Shown here: positions 26,301 through 38,994 of the stretch, in pieces | How the letters are laid out: each line of letters starts with the position of its first letter | Position numbering within the stretch: the stretch's first letter is position 1 | Assembly (NCBI GenBank): GCA_010015805.1 | Contig: ML978129.1 | Coordinates: 682,001 to 746,000, forward strand | DNA: 64,000 nucleotides | Source: Rhizodiscina lignyota | Lineage: Eukaryota | Reading direction: 5' to 3' | The notes under the pieces: model-generated | What the model was told of the DNA's origin: nothing | Databases searched by the model: none | Seen by the model: only the letters and a program-made list of their open reading frames with translations | Translations under genes and position numbers: made by a program

Positions 26301-26599
26301 ACGACGACGAAGTCGACCCACTAATGCAATATTGCTCACACTATTACCGCGAGAAGTGCCGCTTTTTGAAGGAACCGGGGAAAAAGTGGTGTCTGTTGCT
26401 GGCTGAACGGCCTTTCGAACCACCGTCGAAAGTAGGGCGTCCACGCTGGCCAAATGGACGCAAGCCCGCCATGGTTTGCATGGTACTCGAGCCAGTCAAT
26501 CTCCAACAGCTGGAGTTCCGTCGAGCATGCATTGTGGAATTGGCGAAGCCGAAGAGAATGTTGCGACGATCCTTTACTAAAGTCATCAAGCTATTGTGA
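23380..26599 (+). CDS. Ankyrin-repeat + HET (PF06985-type) domain protein, interrupted by two frameshifts as assembled
   Basis: Ankyrin repeats GMTALHEAV..GADIN, GFTALHLAV..GVDVH, NWTAFDLA. HET motifs LPSRVIDV, YTALSYCWG, YLWIDALCIIQDS, MGDIYSHA, RGWTMQE. Intron 24776-~24947. Frame breaks at ~23705-23710 and ~24741-24743. Confidence 0.85.
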
Positions 26600-26910
26600 G
26601 TTGTCGTCATCTGCAGACGGCCATGTTTCCAGATCAGAAGCCAAAAGAACTCACTGGATAACCTGTGGAGTCCATGCAAAGCATCTGTAGAGACTACGCA
26701 CACTATCGAGCAAATGCTCCGCAAGCAAGAGAAGGACTGCCTCTCTGAGTTAGCAAAGCAAACCTTGCATCCTCGACTTATCTTGACGGTGTCTTGAATA
26801 CTTCTTCATCGCGCAGTGTCTCAGCACTATCGAACAGGGACGTCGACAGTGATGCGAAGCCTTGTTTCCACAAGAGAAATGGATTTCAAAGGTACCGTCG
26901 AAATATCTCA

Positions 26911-28968
26911 TCACAATTTCGCCTTTGCCTGAGTCTCCCCTAAACACCCTGCTTCCTTCAGTTTGTGCCACACTTCCAAACCATTCTCCCACATCTCCTT
27001 GTCCTTCCAAATATCCGTCTCGCCGCTCGGTTTAATTCTCCTCACCTCCTGAGGCCCATGTGTCCCCCACTTCGTCCTGATATCCTTTCCGTGCACAAAA
27101 TCACAAAATGCGTCATGCATCCATGTCTTCACCAAGCCTTTCTCTTTCTCTGTGAGCCCTTCCCCCCTTCCTTCACCCCACAACCAGAGAACTATATCAG
27201 TACCATGAGTCACTCCCCACTCTCGTGGCCAACTGGTATCGGCGCATTGCGCCCGCCATTCGACGCGATATCGATGCACAAGATCCCCAGCGCCGAACTT
27301 GTCAAGGCAGTCAACGAACCCACGTTCCATGTTATGGATCTGCGTATCTGCATAGATCCTGCCGAACGCGTCGTTCCAGTCCTTGCAACCCTTCGGGAGT
27401 TTTCCGTCAGGAGAGTAATGCTGCATGATCACCCGCACGACCGACAGTGGGTAGTCACCCTGAAGGCGATCGAAAGTCTTTCTGTACGACTGTGTACGCG
27501 CGTCGGGAGTCCTCCATGATTCGTACACGAAGTGCTCGTCCCGGCACTCGCCAGTGATTATCTCGACACCACGGTCACGCATGCGCTGCGCGAAGTCACC
27601 GGAGCAGATGCTGGTGAAGAGATGCGATGAAATGAAGGCGTTATCGGTGACCGCGCGGAATTCGTGCAACGCCATACTGTTGTTTGCGTCGACTAGTGCT
27701 TTCATTGGTAGGGCGCGGAGACGAGCCATTTTTTCCGTAGCGGTGAGAGAAAGTGGAATAGAGAGTTTTGTGAGCAGCTCGTTGAACTGCTCTTGCCGCT
27801 CGATCAGAGTATGTGGCTGCACGCCGGGGCCATTCGACCACATCACCGCACGGCGGATGATGGACTTATCAGTTGGCAGATAGAGATCATACTGCAATTG
27901 CTGGAATGTGGAGTGTGATCCTGAGGACTGTGTCAGTTTTGATCCTTCCCACAGCAGCTGGTACCAAAGGACATCTCCTTACCCGCAGAATACCCAGCTA
28001 CAGTGATGTTTCCTGCATTTCCGCCAAAGTAGCTGATGTTCTTGTACGTCCATTCAAGCGCGAGCCGCTGGTCCCAGAAACCGACGTTGAAGTCAGGTGC
28101 GTTTGGAGACTCGGCGAGCAATTCTTCGCTGGCGAGGAAGCCGAACAGATTGAGACGGTATGCTGGCTTTACAATGATGGCTCCGAAATTAGTCTCACTG
28201 AGGAGAGCGGAAAGGTCGCCGCCATTAGCTGTGCCGAATTGGAGAAATCCTCCATCTGTGCAAGACTTGAGTTCACGAGATATGGAAAGGAGGCGGATAT
28301 GGCTTACGGATGTAAATGAATACGGGCCAGCCTTCATATACACGTCAGTAAGTGGTCCCGAAAATCAACAGGAAAAGAGCATCCGACTCGCTTGGGAAGA
28401 ACAATTCTTGCGTTGACTACTAGGGAATTGCCGAAGCATCAAGGCCTTCAATCCAAAAGATTTTGAAGTTTTCGGAAAGAAAGAACAAATGAGGACTTTG
28501 GTAAAGAAGATCATCTATTATCAAGGCTGTAATGCCTCAATTGAACAGCGACAAGAATGAAAGCATCGGATTTAAGCAAGATTTCGGCATACCTCCCTTT
28601 GGTGGCTGCCCACCTGGAATCCATATGTTTACCTGTAAACAATCCTCTTCCCATACATTCTCTTCCACCGTAGGCTGTGGACAAACTCCAGTTCCCCCGT
28701 TGAACCTTCCAGGATTAGAATGCGTGCCATATCTGTAGCACGATGGCAATGCTCTGGGTTTCTTGAATCTATACGGCCCAACTGGCGGAAGGGCGTACGG
28801 TATCCCGCCAAAGTAATGACACAAGACTCGAGGCCGGAGATTTTTGGGGTAAGGATAGTTGTCAGATGGAGTGGTTGGGGTTTGAGAGATGTAAGAAAGG
28901 CCTTCGATGACACCGAGGGCTGAGAGATCCAGAACATAAGGCACCTTCTTCGGCTCCGATGCTGCCAT
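26911..28968 (-). CDS. Type-B carboxylesterase (para-nitrobenzyl esterase-like), 4 exons
   Basis: FGGIPYALPP, EDCLQVNIWIP, HGGFLQFG, YRLNLFGFL, nucleophile GYSAG, catalytic His in GVTHGTD. The exons join in phase. Confidence 0.93.
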
Positions 28969-29415
28969 TGTGACCAGTGTAACTCCTTCGCGATTTTGGT
29001 GTTATATCTGAGATGAATTGAGCTGTTAGAAGGGACAGATTGTGCTGCAATTCATTTACATTTACACCATTTCCGCCTGTTACTTAATGGAATCCTAAGA
29101 CATAGATATCGGCACAATTGCCGAACCAAAATGGCCCGCAGCAGACCCCAGACAAGTCACAGCGCCACCTATCGATAGGGGGCTCATGCACCTAAAAGCA
29201 GAGGTGTTGGGGTGCTGGAAGGTACGAGCGGCTGCCGTTCGGCAATTGCCGGCAGCGCGGAAATGGTTCAAATCCGATCTGAAATTCATTGGAAGGTCTC
29301 TCTCTCCGTCTTTGCCTTCACCCATGCTAAATATTCCCCTGATTTGCGCAGACGATCCTTCTTCAATCAAATCTCTTTTGCAATCAATTCAGGTCGATCT
29401 ATATTTGCCATGTAT

Positions 29416-31680
29416 TCACCAATCGTCATCATCCTCATCCTCATTCGAACTTGACGCCGCCTTCTGTCCCTGGCCTGGAACGTCTAGAAGCAAGGAGTTA
29501 TTCTCACGCTCTAAGGCTTCAAGATTCAGTCCGAATTTTCCTCCGTCGACGTGATCCGGTACACGCAATGATAGATGCGCCAAATCCTTGACTGGGCAGT
29601 CCGACATGCAATCAGTCACGAGGAGTTTGATGATCGCATTTGGAGTTTCATCGATCATCTTGATGATCCTTTCCACGACCCTATTTCCTTCGTCAAGGTT
29701 TCCAGATATCCTCGAAAACGAATCCAACAAAATGAAGACTCCGTCGTTTTCAGGCAACATTCCGAGTAGCCGCTTGAAAAGGGCTAGAGCATATTTTATC
29801 TTTTCCTGGGACTTTTGGGAGTACTCGGCTTCTTTAAGAAACGAGAGATCGATGGTCGGTCTTTGATCGGTGAGAAACCTGAGCAGTTGGCCGTTCATGC
29901 TCTTTAACATCGCAATCGGCCCGGATTCGTCCTCTTCTCTCGAAGAATTTGCTCGTAGTCCGCAAAAGAAGGAGAGAACCGGCAACTCAGTATTGTTACT
30001 GAGCATCTTGACGAGTAAGCCCGTGGTGAACGATAAGGAGTTGATCAATTTATCTGGCGGAGACTCGGCTTCGACCTCGAGGACGCAAGAGCTACTTCGA
30101 GTGAACCACTCGTACAACTCACCAGAATTCATAATCCATCGGATTTTGTCTTTCTCTTCGAGGTCAAGAGTCTCAACAGCATTGGAGCATTCTCCGAGGT
30201 CCTTGGACACCTCTGGATCGAATGGAGCCAGGCCATCAATCCATTCATCAATGATGCGTCTGTTGGTGTCAACTGAGAAGAGCGCGCCGCCGCTCGGAGC
30301 AATGGCGCTTCGGTTCGAGGTCAAGATGTACTTCAAACGGTCCTGGATCACTGTCATTCCTTTGTTAGCTTCGGAAGTTGCAAGGGATAAGCTAAGCTCG
30401 CTTCACCTGTCCCGTCAATAGGATTGAAAGTTGGATCACTCGCGACGAGCCGATAGAATTCATTCCAAACTGCAGCTTGGGCTCGCTCAAAAATCGTTTG
30501 TTGCTCGCCATTAAGAAATTTCCGCTGGTTTTCTTCGATTCTTGCAATTGCCGATCTCATCTGAGTCATCTCTGCAGAATATCTCAGTCTGTCTTGTTGT
30601 GGATTCTGGACACGAATGCTCGCTTACCTGTTATTCCAGCTCTCATCTCATGTCTTATCTGCATACCGTTCTCTTCGATTCTACCCATCCTGACCTGGGC
30701 ACAGATCTCCACTTCCTCTTTGAACTCAGCAATGCTGCGATTTAACGAACCGAGCGCGTCCTTGATATCGCCACTCCGACCCTTCACTTTTGAGAGCATA
30801 CTCTCTATGTTCTTTTCAGTCATGTGTAGTGCTTTGTAGGGATCCCAATACTAACCTCCGAAATTCATAGACAAACTATCAATGATTCGCTCAAGCGCGA
30901 TGAATATGCATATAAAGACGGAATTCGCATGCACATGAAGGCCTTTTGACTTTACGTGAACCTCGGTCAGTCTTTGTACGGTGCTCAGCCTTCGCGGTAT
31001 CTCGGCCAGGCTCGCCTGCATATCGTTTCGGAGCTTTTCATGATCACATATCACCTAGTATAAGACTGTTAACTCAAAGTCTTTCGACGATAGGCAAGCA
31101 GCATACAGCAAGGACCACCGTAAAGCCACCTGCAATGATCGAGCCATAAATATCATTCGGGACGCAGCTTAGGATATTTTCCAGCGTGCTTCTGTGTTTC
31201 GCAGTGGCCTTGAAACAATTGCGAATGACACGCATGCAGGTACGTGTGTTCTCTGAGTTCTTGTTTCTGTCCTGAACCAATTTGGCAATTTCAAGAACAT
31301 CTGCCATTTTGTAGTCCGCGGGATCTTTGATGTGAATGCCCAGTCTTTGGTCGAGCTTCCTTCTCTGGATCGTTTACAAAACCTTTGAAGAGTGTCTTTG
31401 AATTCTTTCATCTTCTCGGCTGACTCGACATAGTAGTCCTCCTCGCTGCCTACTATGAGTATACATCGGAAGTGAGAGATGTGGAACTTTACCGATGAAC
31501 CTCTCCTGGTGGGACAAAGCCATCGAGGCCACTCACGAATTCTGGCGATCTAGTGCCGTGATACCTACGAACAGTTGCAGCTTGAGATGTGAGTGCTGGT
31601 CCGGCTCTGGTCTCAACGAATTCAGCGGCGCTGTTGGTCATGACCCTGGATCTGGAGACGAGAGGCTGATCTTCTGCCAT
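29416..31680 (-). CDS. NACHT/STAND-like (NPHP3_N-type) protein with degenerate Walker A and no C-terminal sensor repeats; one frameshift as assembled
   Basis: Multi-exon model. N-terminal helical region (ILSCVPNDIYGSIIAGGFTVVLA) followed by WIMNSGELYEWF..SCVLEV, VLSFFCG, MLKSMNGQLL, Walker-B-like VFILLDS and IKLLVT. A frameshift at ~31373-31375 is repaired by one base to FCKTIQRRKLDQRLG. Confidence 0.7.
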
Positions 31681-32625
31681 ATCAATCGAAGCTCGCCACA
31701 ATTCTTGAAGTTATATCTTTTTTTGGAAATCACACTTGCGATAAGGGAGACAGCCTTGTCACGATATTGTTATTTGAATCTAAAACTTCTGTCACAGACT
31801 ATATCTGTTGCATAGCTGCCTTGAAAAGATGCCACGCTATGTCAGCAGGTGATTTTCATCTCGGCTCTGAGCACAGCCTGCGAGGCTGAAGGAATGATTT
31901 TCGTCCGAGTTTTAGCGGATTGTGGAAACGAGCAGGTGAATAATAAAACATGGCGATGACAGCCTTGAGCGGCAGCGACCTTCTAATTCTGCAACGCTGA
32001 AGAGGCATAACACGACTGCGATATGGGGCCTCTGGTGACGCCTTTTCGTTCGCACCGAGATGCTTCATCGCGAGTTCAATACGCCCTGCATGGCCAAGGA
32101 TTTGTCTGGTATCGCCATCCTGCCCACCGGTGCCGTAGACTGGGTAGCGATTGGCTCTATTGTGCAGGAGCTGAGGAGCTGCGGGGGAGAAAACGAATAC
32201 TTCACTTTGCACGGGAGAGTACCACACCATATCGTCCATCTCAGGAACTGTATTGGTGGCCTCGACGGCTCTCTTACTATCCCTACAATAGTGTGCATGT
32301 GCTGGAGAACCCGGAACGAGTGCTGGCGCGTCCTTTCTCAGGGAGATTTGAAGCCCTATGTGAGTTCGCATAGGGAAATCCATAATTAATGTCATAAGCT
32401 CAACCAAATTTATCCGCTCATCATTTCCGCCGCAGAGCCTCATCTGTTATTAATTCGTATTCCCATCCGGGTTCTTTCCTTTTCGCTCGAAGAGGTTGCT
32501 CGTTCATCGTTTGACTTCCTGGTTTGCGTTATTTCTGTCGCAATTCCTTGGTTCTATTGAAATCTCTTGATTCTCTATTCTTCTAGACATATCCGGTACA
32601 TGCGCAAGTTTCCTTGAAGTGGGCA

Positions 32626-35600
32626 ATGGCAGACCCGTCATACACAAAATCGGCTGCTGAAGTCAGCTACAGCAGCCTTCCTGCAACGCCTTTACGAGAC
32701 GGAGAAGTTTCAGCTAACGCCCCTACCTCAGGTAAAGATTCCGATACGGTCGCAACGAAAATGAGTACTACAGAAGACAATGCTCAATTGCAGAGTACAA
32801 ACCGGGCACTGCCCTCTGAAGCGCCTGGCGAGCCTGCAAAGAGCGAGGACTCACTAAAGGAACACGGTGACTCGATCGAATCTAGCATAGATGGCGACAA
32901 TCCAAAGAAGGCTGACAACGAAAATGGGGCGAAGGCTCCGACTGTTCACCTACGCCATTCAAGAGATACGGGGATTGACTCGGACTCCGGGACCGATGAT
33001 GAAGAAACTATGCACGCCGCAAGTGAACTGACATCGTCCAGCCTGTACGAGGCCTATGTCGAAAAGCTGGAACGTGAAAACGGCCCTGACCCCAACCACG
33101 ATAAGGAAATGGCTCCAAAACTTGTGAAGGGTTTCATTGACTACGTCCGCACACTTGAGAGGCGTGTTACCATTCTAGAATCTGGGATGGGCAAGGGCCT
33201 TCCAACAGGACCTCCCGCACCGCCCACGGTTAAACAAAAAGAAGTTGTACCGGAGGTCAAATTTTTCAATGCCGCCAATGAAGTTGATCCAGATGGGGAT
33301 TTTATACCTCGCAAAGCGACGGAAGAAGACACGTATTCAAGTGCAACAGCGGACAGGTGCCTCATTCGAGTCCTTTATAATTGGAACACAGACGAATACG
33401 ATATTGGAAGAGTTCTGTCGTTGGATGGGAAACAACAACCGGAGCCGGAGGATATCGATATCGTAGCAATTGGTATCGAATCAGTGCATATCTGGTCCTT
33501 TTTCTCGGGACATGGAGGGCCTTGGAACCTCTAGAAATTTTTTATTGCGATTATCAAAGCCATTTCGCGCCCTACTTCCATATGTCCAGTCAATGAAGGA
33601 TCATCTCTCCATGCTTGAGAGAGAATTTAGGTCGGTCGCCTGTGTAAAGCTGTCAGTCACGGTGAACATGAGCTAACCTAGTAGCAGATCACTCGTCGTA
33701 AATGACTCTCAAGACGATCATGAAGAAACCAAATATGTATCTAAGGAGAAGTCCGAAGGTGAAGCGACTTCAAGTACGCGGCCTCCCGAGCTGGTGTCAC
33801 CTGAGCAGGCTCTTAAGCACTTTCGTATTGTGGTTCAGTTTATCGATAAGTACCTGAGCAAACATCAGGCTGTCTTTGAAAAACTGAGGACTGGCAGAGA
33901 GGACAAAGTTACGTTTGAGGATCTCTGGATGCTATTCAACTCTGGTGATACCATTTATTCCCCTTTCCAAGAAGGGGGCCATACTTTGGAAGACAATGGG
34001 GACACACATACAACGAATAGGAGAGATGTTCCACAAGCATACCGCGTTCTGACAGCACAAGGTGGAATTCCTTTGACGAAAACTATTGCTCCGAGAACGA
34101 AAAGGCAAAATCTGTCCCTGCAGGTGGATCCCCTAGGGAAAAGGAACGACATAAATACCTCCTTAAGGATGAAGGACAAATACAGCACGTTTTATGTCTA
34201 CTGCTTCTACATAGACTTCGATGGTGGTAATTACGGAACAGTGCCCGAGATCTTTGAGTTTAAGCCGTACGAAGGTGAAGTCGACATTCGATCACTCGAC
34301 GCGTATCCGTTGCATCATTCCTACCGCACGGACACAACAATCACAGACGCGGAGCTCGGAATTCAATTACAGGATATGCTTGTAGATCGAGGTAAAAAGT
34401 TCATTGATCTTACAGCAGTTTCTCACATGACGTATGAAGGCCTCACTGTCGGAGAGCGGCGGGAAGAGGTATCGAACCAGTGCGACGACTTCCATATGGC
34501 AGACGCTAATGACGTGACAGATAAACAGCGCAGTCATCGTGGATATCAAATTGGCGTTCCAGCAGTATAAAGGCTCATTTCGAAATCCTGACGCTGTCGT
34601 CCCAACATTCTCAGCGCTGAACGGTTCATTATTGTTGACACCTCTGACTATTGGCCAAACAGTTGAACTGCACGGTGGTATATGCCGATGTGGCAGTAGC
34701 AACGAATGGTGTCACAATTTCCAATGCACCTTCGATCAATATCCAAACCTGCAGAAGGTAAAAAGACAGAAGGCCGTGACGGTCATCCGGGCGCTACTCG
34801 AAGAATGCGAGAACGAAAAGTCGAATCAAAGAGACGGACTCAACAACATCAAAAACTTCATGGAAGAAAGGGACCTAATTCGACTACTACCAGGCGTTGT
34901 CCCGGGATTTGCATTGAGAAACCGGAAATGGAGTAAGGCCACGAATTCCGAACAGAACTGACGCATGTCGCTCACCACAAACACAGTTCAACTCGATATC
35001 AACTTTTTGGAACACGTAAAGCAAGAGAACAATTGGGACGATCTCGTACTTCCAAAGGGACATAGGAACATGGTCCAGGGGATGGTTGAGACCCACGCTC
35101 AGGGCTCGAGATCGACCACGGGCCGTCAGCAAGATAAGATAGAAATGGATCTTGTTCGTGGAAAGGGAAGGGGTTGCATCATGCTACTCCACGGGGCACC
35201 TGGAGTTGGCAAGACATCAACTGCGGGTATGATAAACGTTCGCTTCTCATGCACGGATATGTTCAGCTCACTGACGTCTACTCTCAGAATGTGTGGCAGC
35301 GTACACAAAGAGGCCGTTGTATCCGATTACTTGTGGTAGGTTTCAATTTCAGAGATACCTCTGGAACAGAATTTCTCACAGGAGCAGGCGACATTGGCTA
35401 CGTGCCAGATGAGGTCGAAAAAAACATGGAACAACATTTCGAACTGGCTCACAAGTGGGGATGTGTACTACTACTTGACGAAGCGGATGTGTTCCTGGCG
35501 AAGCGTAACAAGGAAGACGTCAAGCGTAACGGGCTTGTCTCTGTGTTTTTGAGGATCCTGGAGTATTACTCTGGCATCCTGTTCCTCACAACGAATCGTG

Positions 35601-36274
35601 TAGGCATGATCGATGACGCGTTTCGCTCAAGGCTCCATCTCACACTGTACTACCCGCCACTCGGCCGCAGTCAAACGAAGAAAATCTGGCGTACCAATTT
35701 CAAGCGTCTCGAAGTCATCAATGCCGAGCGTGAGAAGTACGACCGTCCTCGCATAGAGTTCGACGACAAGCGAATCATTCGATGGGCTGATAAGTACTTC
35801 GAAGAGCTGAAATGGAACGGGCGGCAGATTCGCAATGCGTTCCAGACAGCTGTGGCGCTCGCGGAGTTCGCCGTGAAGAAGTCTGAGCGGAATGAGGAAT
35901 CTTCAGCAACAAAGTCGCTGGTCATGAGCGTCAAGGACTTCAGGACGATCGCGGAGGCGTCGATACAGTTTAATGAGTACTTGCTGGAAACGCATGGCCT
36001 TGATGAGGATCGGACAGCGAAGAGGGATTTGATTCGCGCGAATCGGGAGTTCAAATCGAAGGTCAAGATAGATCTCGATGAGAGCGAAGAGGAAGATGCC
36101 TCTGACGAAGATGAAGAATCGAGCGACGACGCGGATCATGATTCAGGTGATGACTCCGATGATGAGTCTGAGGAATCTGAGAAAGACAAGAAAAAGACGA
36201 AGAAGGGGAAAAAGAAGGCAAAGATGGATTCTGCCAACAAACCAAAGTCGAAGAAAAAGAAGAAGGATAAATAA
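32626..36274 (+). CDS. Fungal accessory AAA+ ATPase (DUF7025-like N-terminal region + AAA core), multi-exon; one frameshift as assembled
   Basis: VTFEDLWMLF, CFYIDFDG, WDDLVLP, GKGRGCIMLLHGAPGVGKTSTAECVA (Walker A), VLLLDEADVFL (Walker B), FLTTNRVG..DDAFRSR, WNGRQIRNAFQTA, and an acidic then Lys-rich tail. Frame break at ~33499-33503. Confidence 0.9.
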
Positions 36275-36774
36275 GTTAACTGCAGAGTCACATATAGTTT
36301 CCAGATGCCCTCGAAGGTGACACAAATATTTGCCGCAGCTTTCAGCACATTAAGCATCTGCTCTGTATAAGCTCTATTAGCAATGAAGCGTAAAGTCTTT
36401 CAACAGCAAGTTATTGTACGATCCACTCCAAAGAACGTACTACTAAGCTTCCAAGAATAATCTCGCTTGCCTTGAAGTATGAGAGCTACTTACCTTTAAG
36501 CGGTACAACCTTACTAAGCTCTCATTCTAAGTTAGCAGAAGTGTTGCTTTCTCCTCATTGCCTGGCTTGAGCCTTCATTCGCCATAGATGAAGCGTATTA
36601 ACTTAATTTAACATAGATATCTAAGCTCCAACATCTCCTTAACACACAATACTAATAGACTTTGAATTCATCTTAACTCCGTTATGCTATGCTTCATGAC
36701 AACCCATCACCACAATGTGCCTACCCATCCCCATCCCCACTCCCCAAACACTCTACTTATCCATATGTAACCAC

Positions 36775-37570
36775 TCATTGCCCTGGTGGCTTAGAACCAG
36801 GGGGTCCACCCATGCCTGGCGGCGCACCCATACCTGGTGGCGGAAACGGAAAATTTGGCGGCATTCCTCCAGGTGGCGGGAAGGGCATAGCGTTAGGCGG
36901 GGATCCCGAATGCGGCGGGAAGGCCTGCGGGAATGGCATCTGTCCTGGTGGCATGTTTGGTGGGAACGGTGGCATTGGAGGCATGTTCGGAGGCATATTT
37001 GGAGGCATTCCTCGACCTCCTGGCGGCATCGGGAACGGTGGTGGCCCGCCGGGGGGGAAGCCGAACGGCGGAGGAGGGAAGCCTGGGCCAGCGCCCGGCA
37101 TTGGTGGGCCACCCATGAGGTGGTTGTGTTGGAGCATCGGGTTCGAGTCTGACTGGCCGGCGGCGGCGTACGAGGAAGTGATTGAGTCGATTACAGATTG
37201 AGCTTTCTCGTGGCCGATTTCTGGACCAATATTGTTAGCAATTGCTTCCAGAGACAAGCCAAGTGAAGCACAGCGTTTGTGTGTTGAGAATAACCAGAGT
37301 GAATGGAGGGTGTGTCCTGAAGGCAAAGCTCCAGCATTCGGAGACGTACGCTGATAGTAGTCGACGACATTGCGCAGGTGATTTCGGCCGCTATTGTGAG
37401 CCTTGCGCACGCTCATCGAGTCGTGAGTGAGGTAGACATCGCAGTAGTCACCTATGGAATTAGCTGCTTTGCATTGAATGAAGCTGCTCGCGTGAACCTA
37501 CAAAAGAGTGCACAGATGGTAAGCTTGCGGTTTCATTTAGCAGTGTGAATGGATACTTATATTTTGGCAT
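36775..37570 (-). CDS. YHC1: U1 snRNP protein C, 3 exons
   Basis: [28 protein letters not shown] zinc finger, [17 protein letters not shown], and a Pro/Gly/Met-rich tail. Confidence 0.96.
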
Positions 37571-37856
37571 CTTTGCGACTGTGGTGAGAGCTTTGTTGTG
37601 TGGCGAAGAGTGTATTGAAGCGTGATATGCGGGGGTTGGAAGGTTGGAAGTTTCGAGAGATCCGAGCTTGAAATTATGCAGCAGCTCGGCTGATCTTCGG
37701 GGATCTGGATGTCTTGGCACTTTCGACGCGTCTAGACGCGTCGTGAAAACCAAAGCTTCGTTTATCGACCAATAGGGTAGGCTCTCAACTTTACCATTGG
37801 TGCAAGTTTTGAAGGCTTGAACTGTTCTAATCAACAAAGTCTTCAGATTCAACAAG

Positions 37857-38389
37857 ATGGCTCCAGTCCCGGCGAATAGCATTTGGTCGCAAATGGATTA
37901 TGTCCCGCCTCGTGGCAGTTGTAATCACAAGGATGGTATCATGTATCCCAAATGCTCGTGTATGAGATTCATGCTGCATCCTTTGAAAGTAAGGGAAGGA
38001 TTGGTTTGACGGTGTCACTCTGTCTGACGGATATCTAGTCTGCAACATCATTTGACTGCGACGGTTGTGGTCATCATGCTTCCTTTCACAACATGGAGAA
38101 TAAGGACGACGAGGAGATCATCAAGAGGTGGGAGACTCAAGAGCAGGGCCAGAATCCAGAAAAGCCCCAAAAGAAGAGGCGGCTAAAGGAGATCGAGAAC
38201 GGTGCGAAAGAGGAAATCTTCAATCTGCCCACAGTCCCAGCCTTAGCAGGACGTCGAAAGCCTCCTGCGAATCGAGGTCCAAATGCAAAGATCAAACCGA
38301 GTCGAAAGGCGCCTTCCCATAGCGCAGTTCAGACGCGTGGCTCCCAAGTCATTCATGAAGATGAACGTTTCATTGAACTCGACGACTAG
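37857..38389 (+). CDS. Small hypothetical protein with Cys/His (putative zinc-binding) N-terminus, 2 exons, 160 aa
   Basis: Exons 37857-37988 and 38039-38389 join in frame: PRGSCNHK..PKCSCMRFMLHPLK|SATSFDCDGCGHHASFH. Basic KKRRLK motif. The first exon is missing from the ORF track. Confidence 0.75.
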
Positions 38390-38994
38390 AAAGATGATTA
38401 TTAGAGTCGGCCTCGTTAGGATCCTATCGATGTTATAGGATCGTGTATCACTGTACCAGCATCGACATTTGGCTCATTTAGATGGACTTGATCATGGTAC
38501 ATGTCGTGGGACCGTGTTTGCATTGATTGCGTATATCATTTCAAGCGTCTAGAGCATTTCGACATGGAGTCACGGGTGGAATTGCATAGCGAGATACCCA
38601 TCTGCAGAGTTAAACATGCAATTGAATTCCAATTTGATATATGTAAGATCCATAGGACGTCCTATCACTGATGAACCGGACAAACACACCAGCCATTCCC
38701 GTGTTGCGTTTCTAATGGGCTTTGCGTCATTTGGCCCCAGCGCCATGTGCCCTGCATGGATCCTTTTTCGCAAACGCGACCTCCGACTGCATCCTTGTCA
38801 ACCTTCAAGTATCGTCCTCTCAGTTATCTGGGGAAACCAGCGCAACGAATTGGATTGGGAGCGCTCATATCCATATTCTACATCACTGACACATTGATGC
38901 TCCTCCACCCCAGACGCGCTCTTTGGACGCGTTGCGCGTGAAGCGCTTAACCTCACCACCGAGCTTCTCACGAACAGCACATCTTTTCAACGCA

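Noticed and set aside
31856..32443. 195-aa ORF between the NACHT-like and AAA+ genes, as a possible third component
   Set aside because: Non-protein-like composition, overlapping ORFs on both strands, and it lies in the presumed shared promoter.
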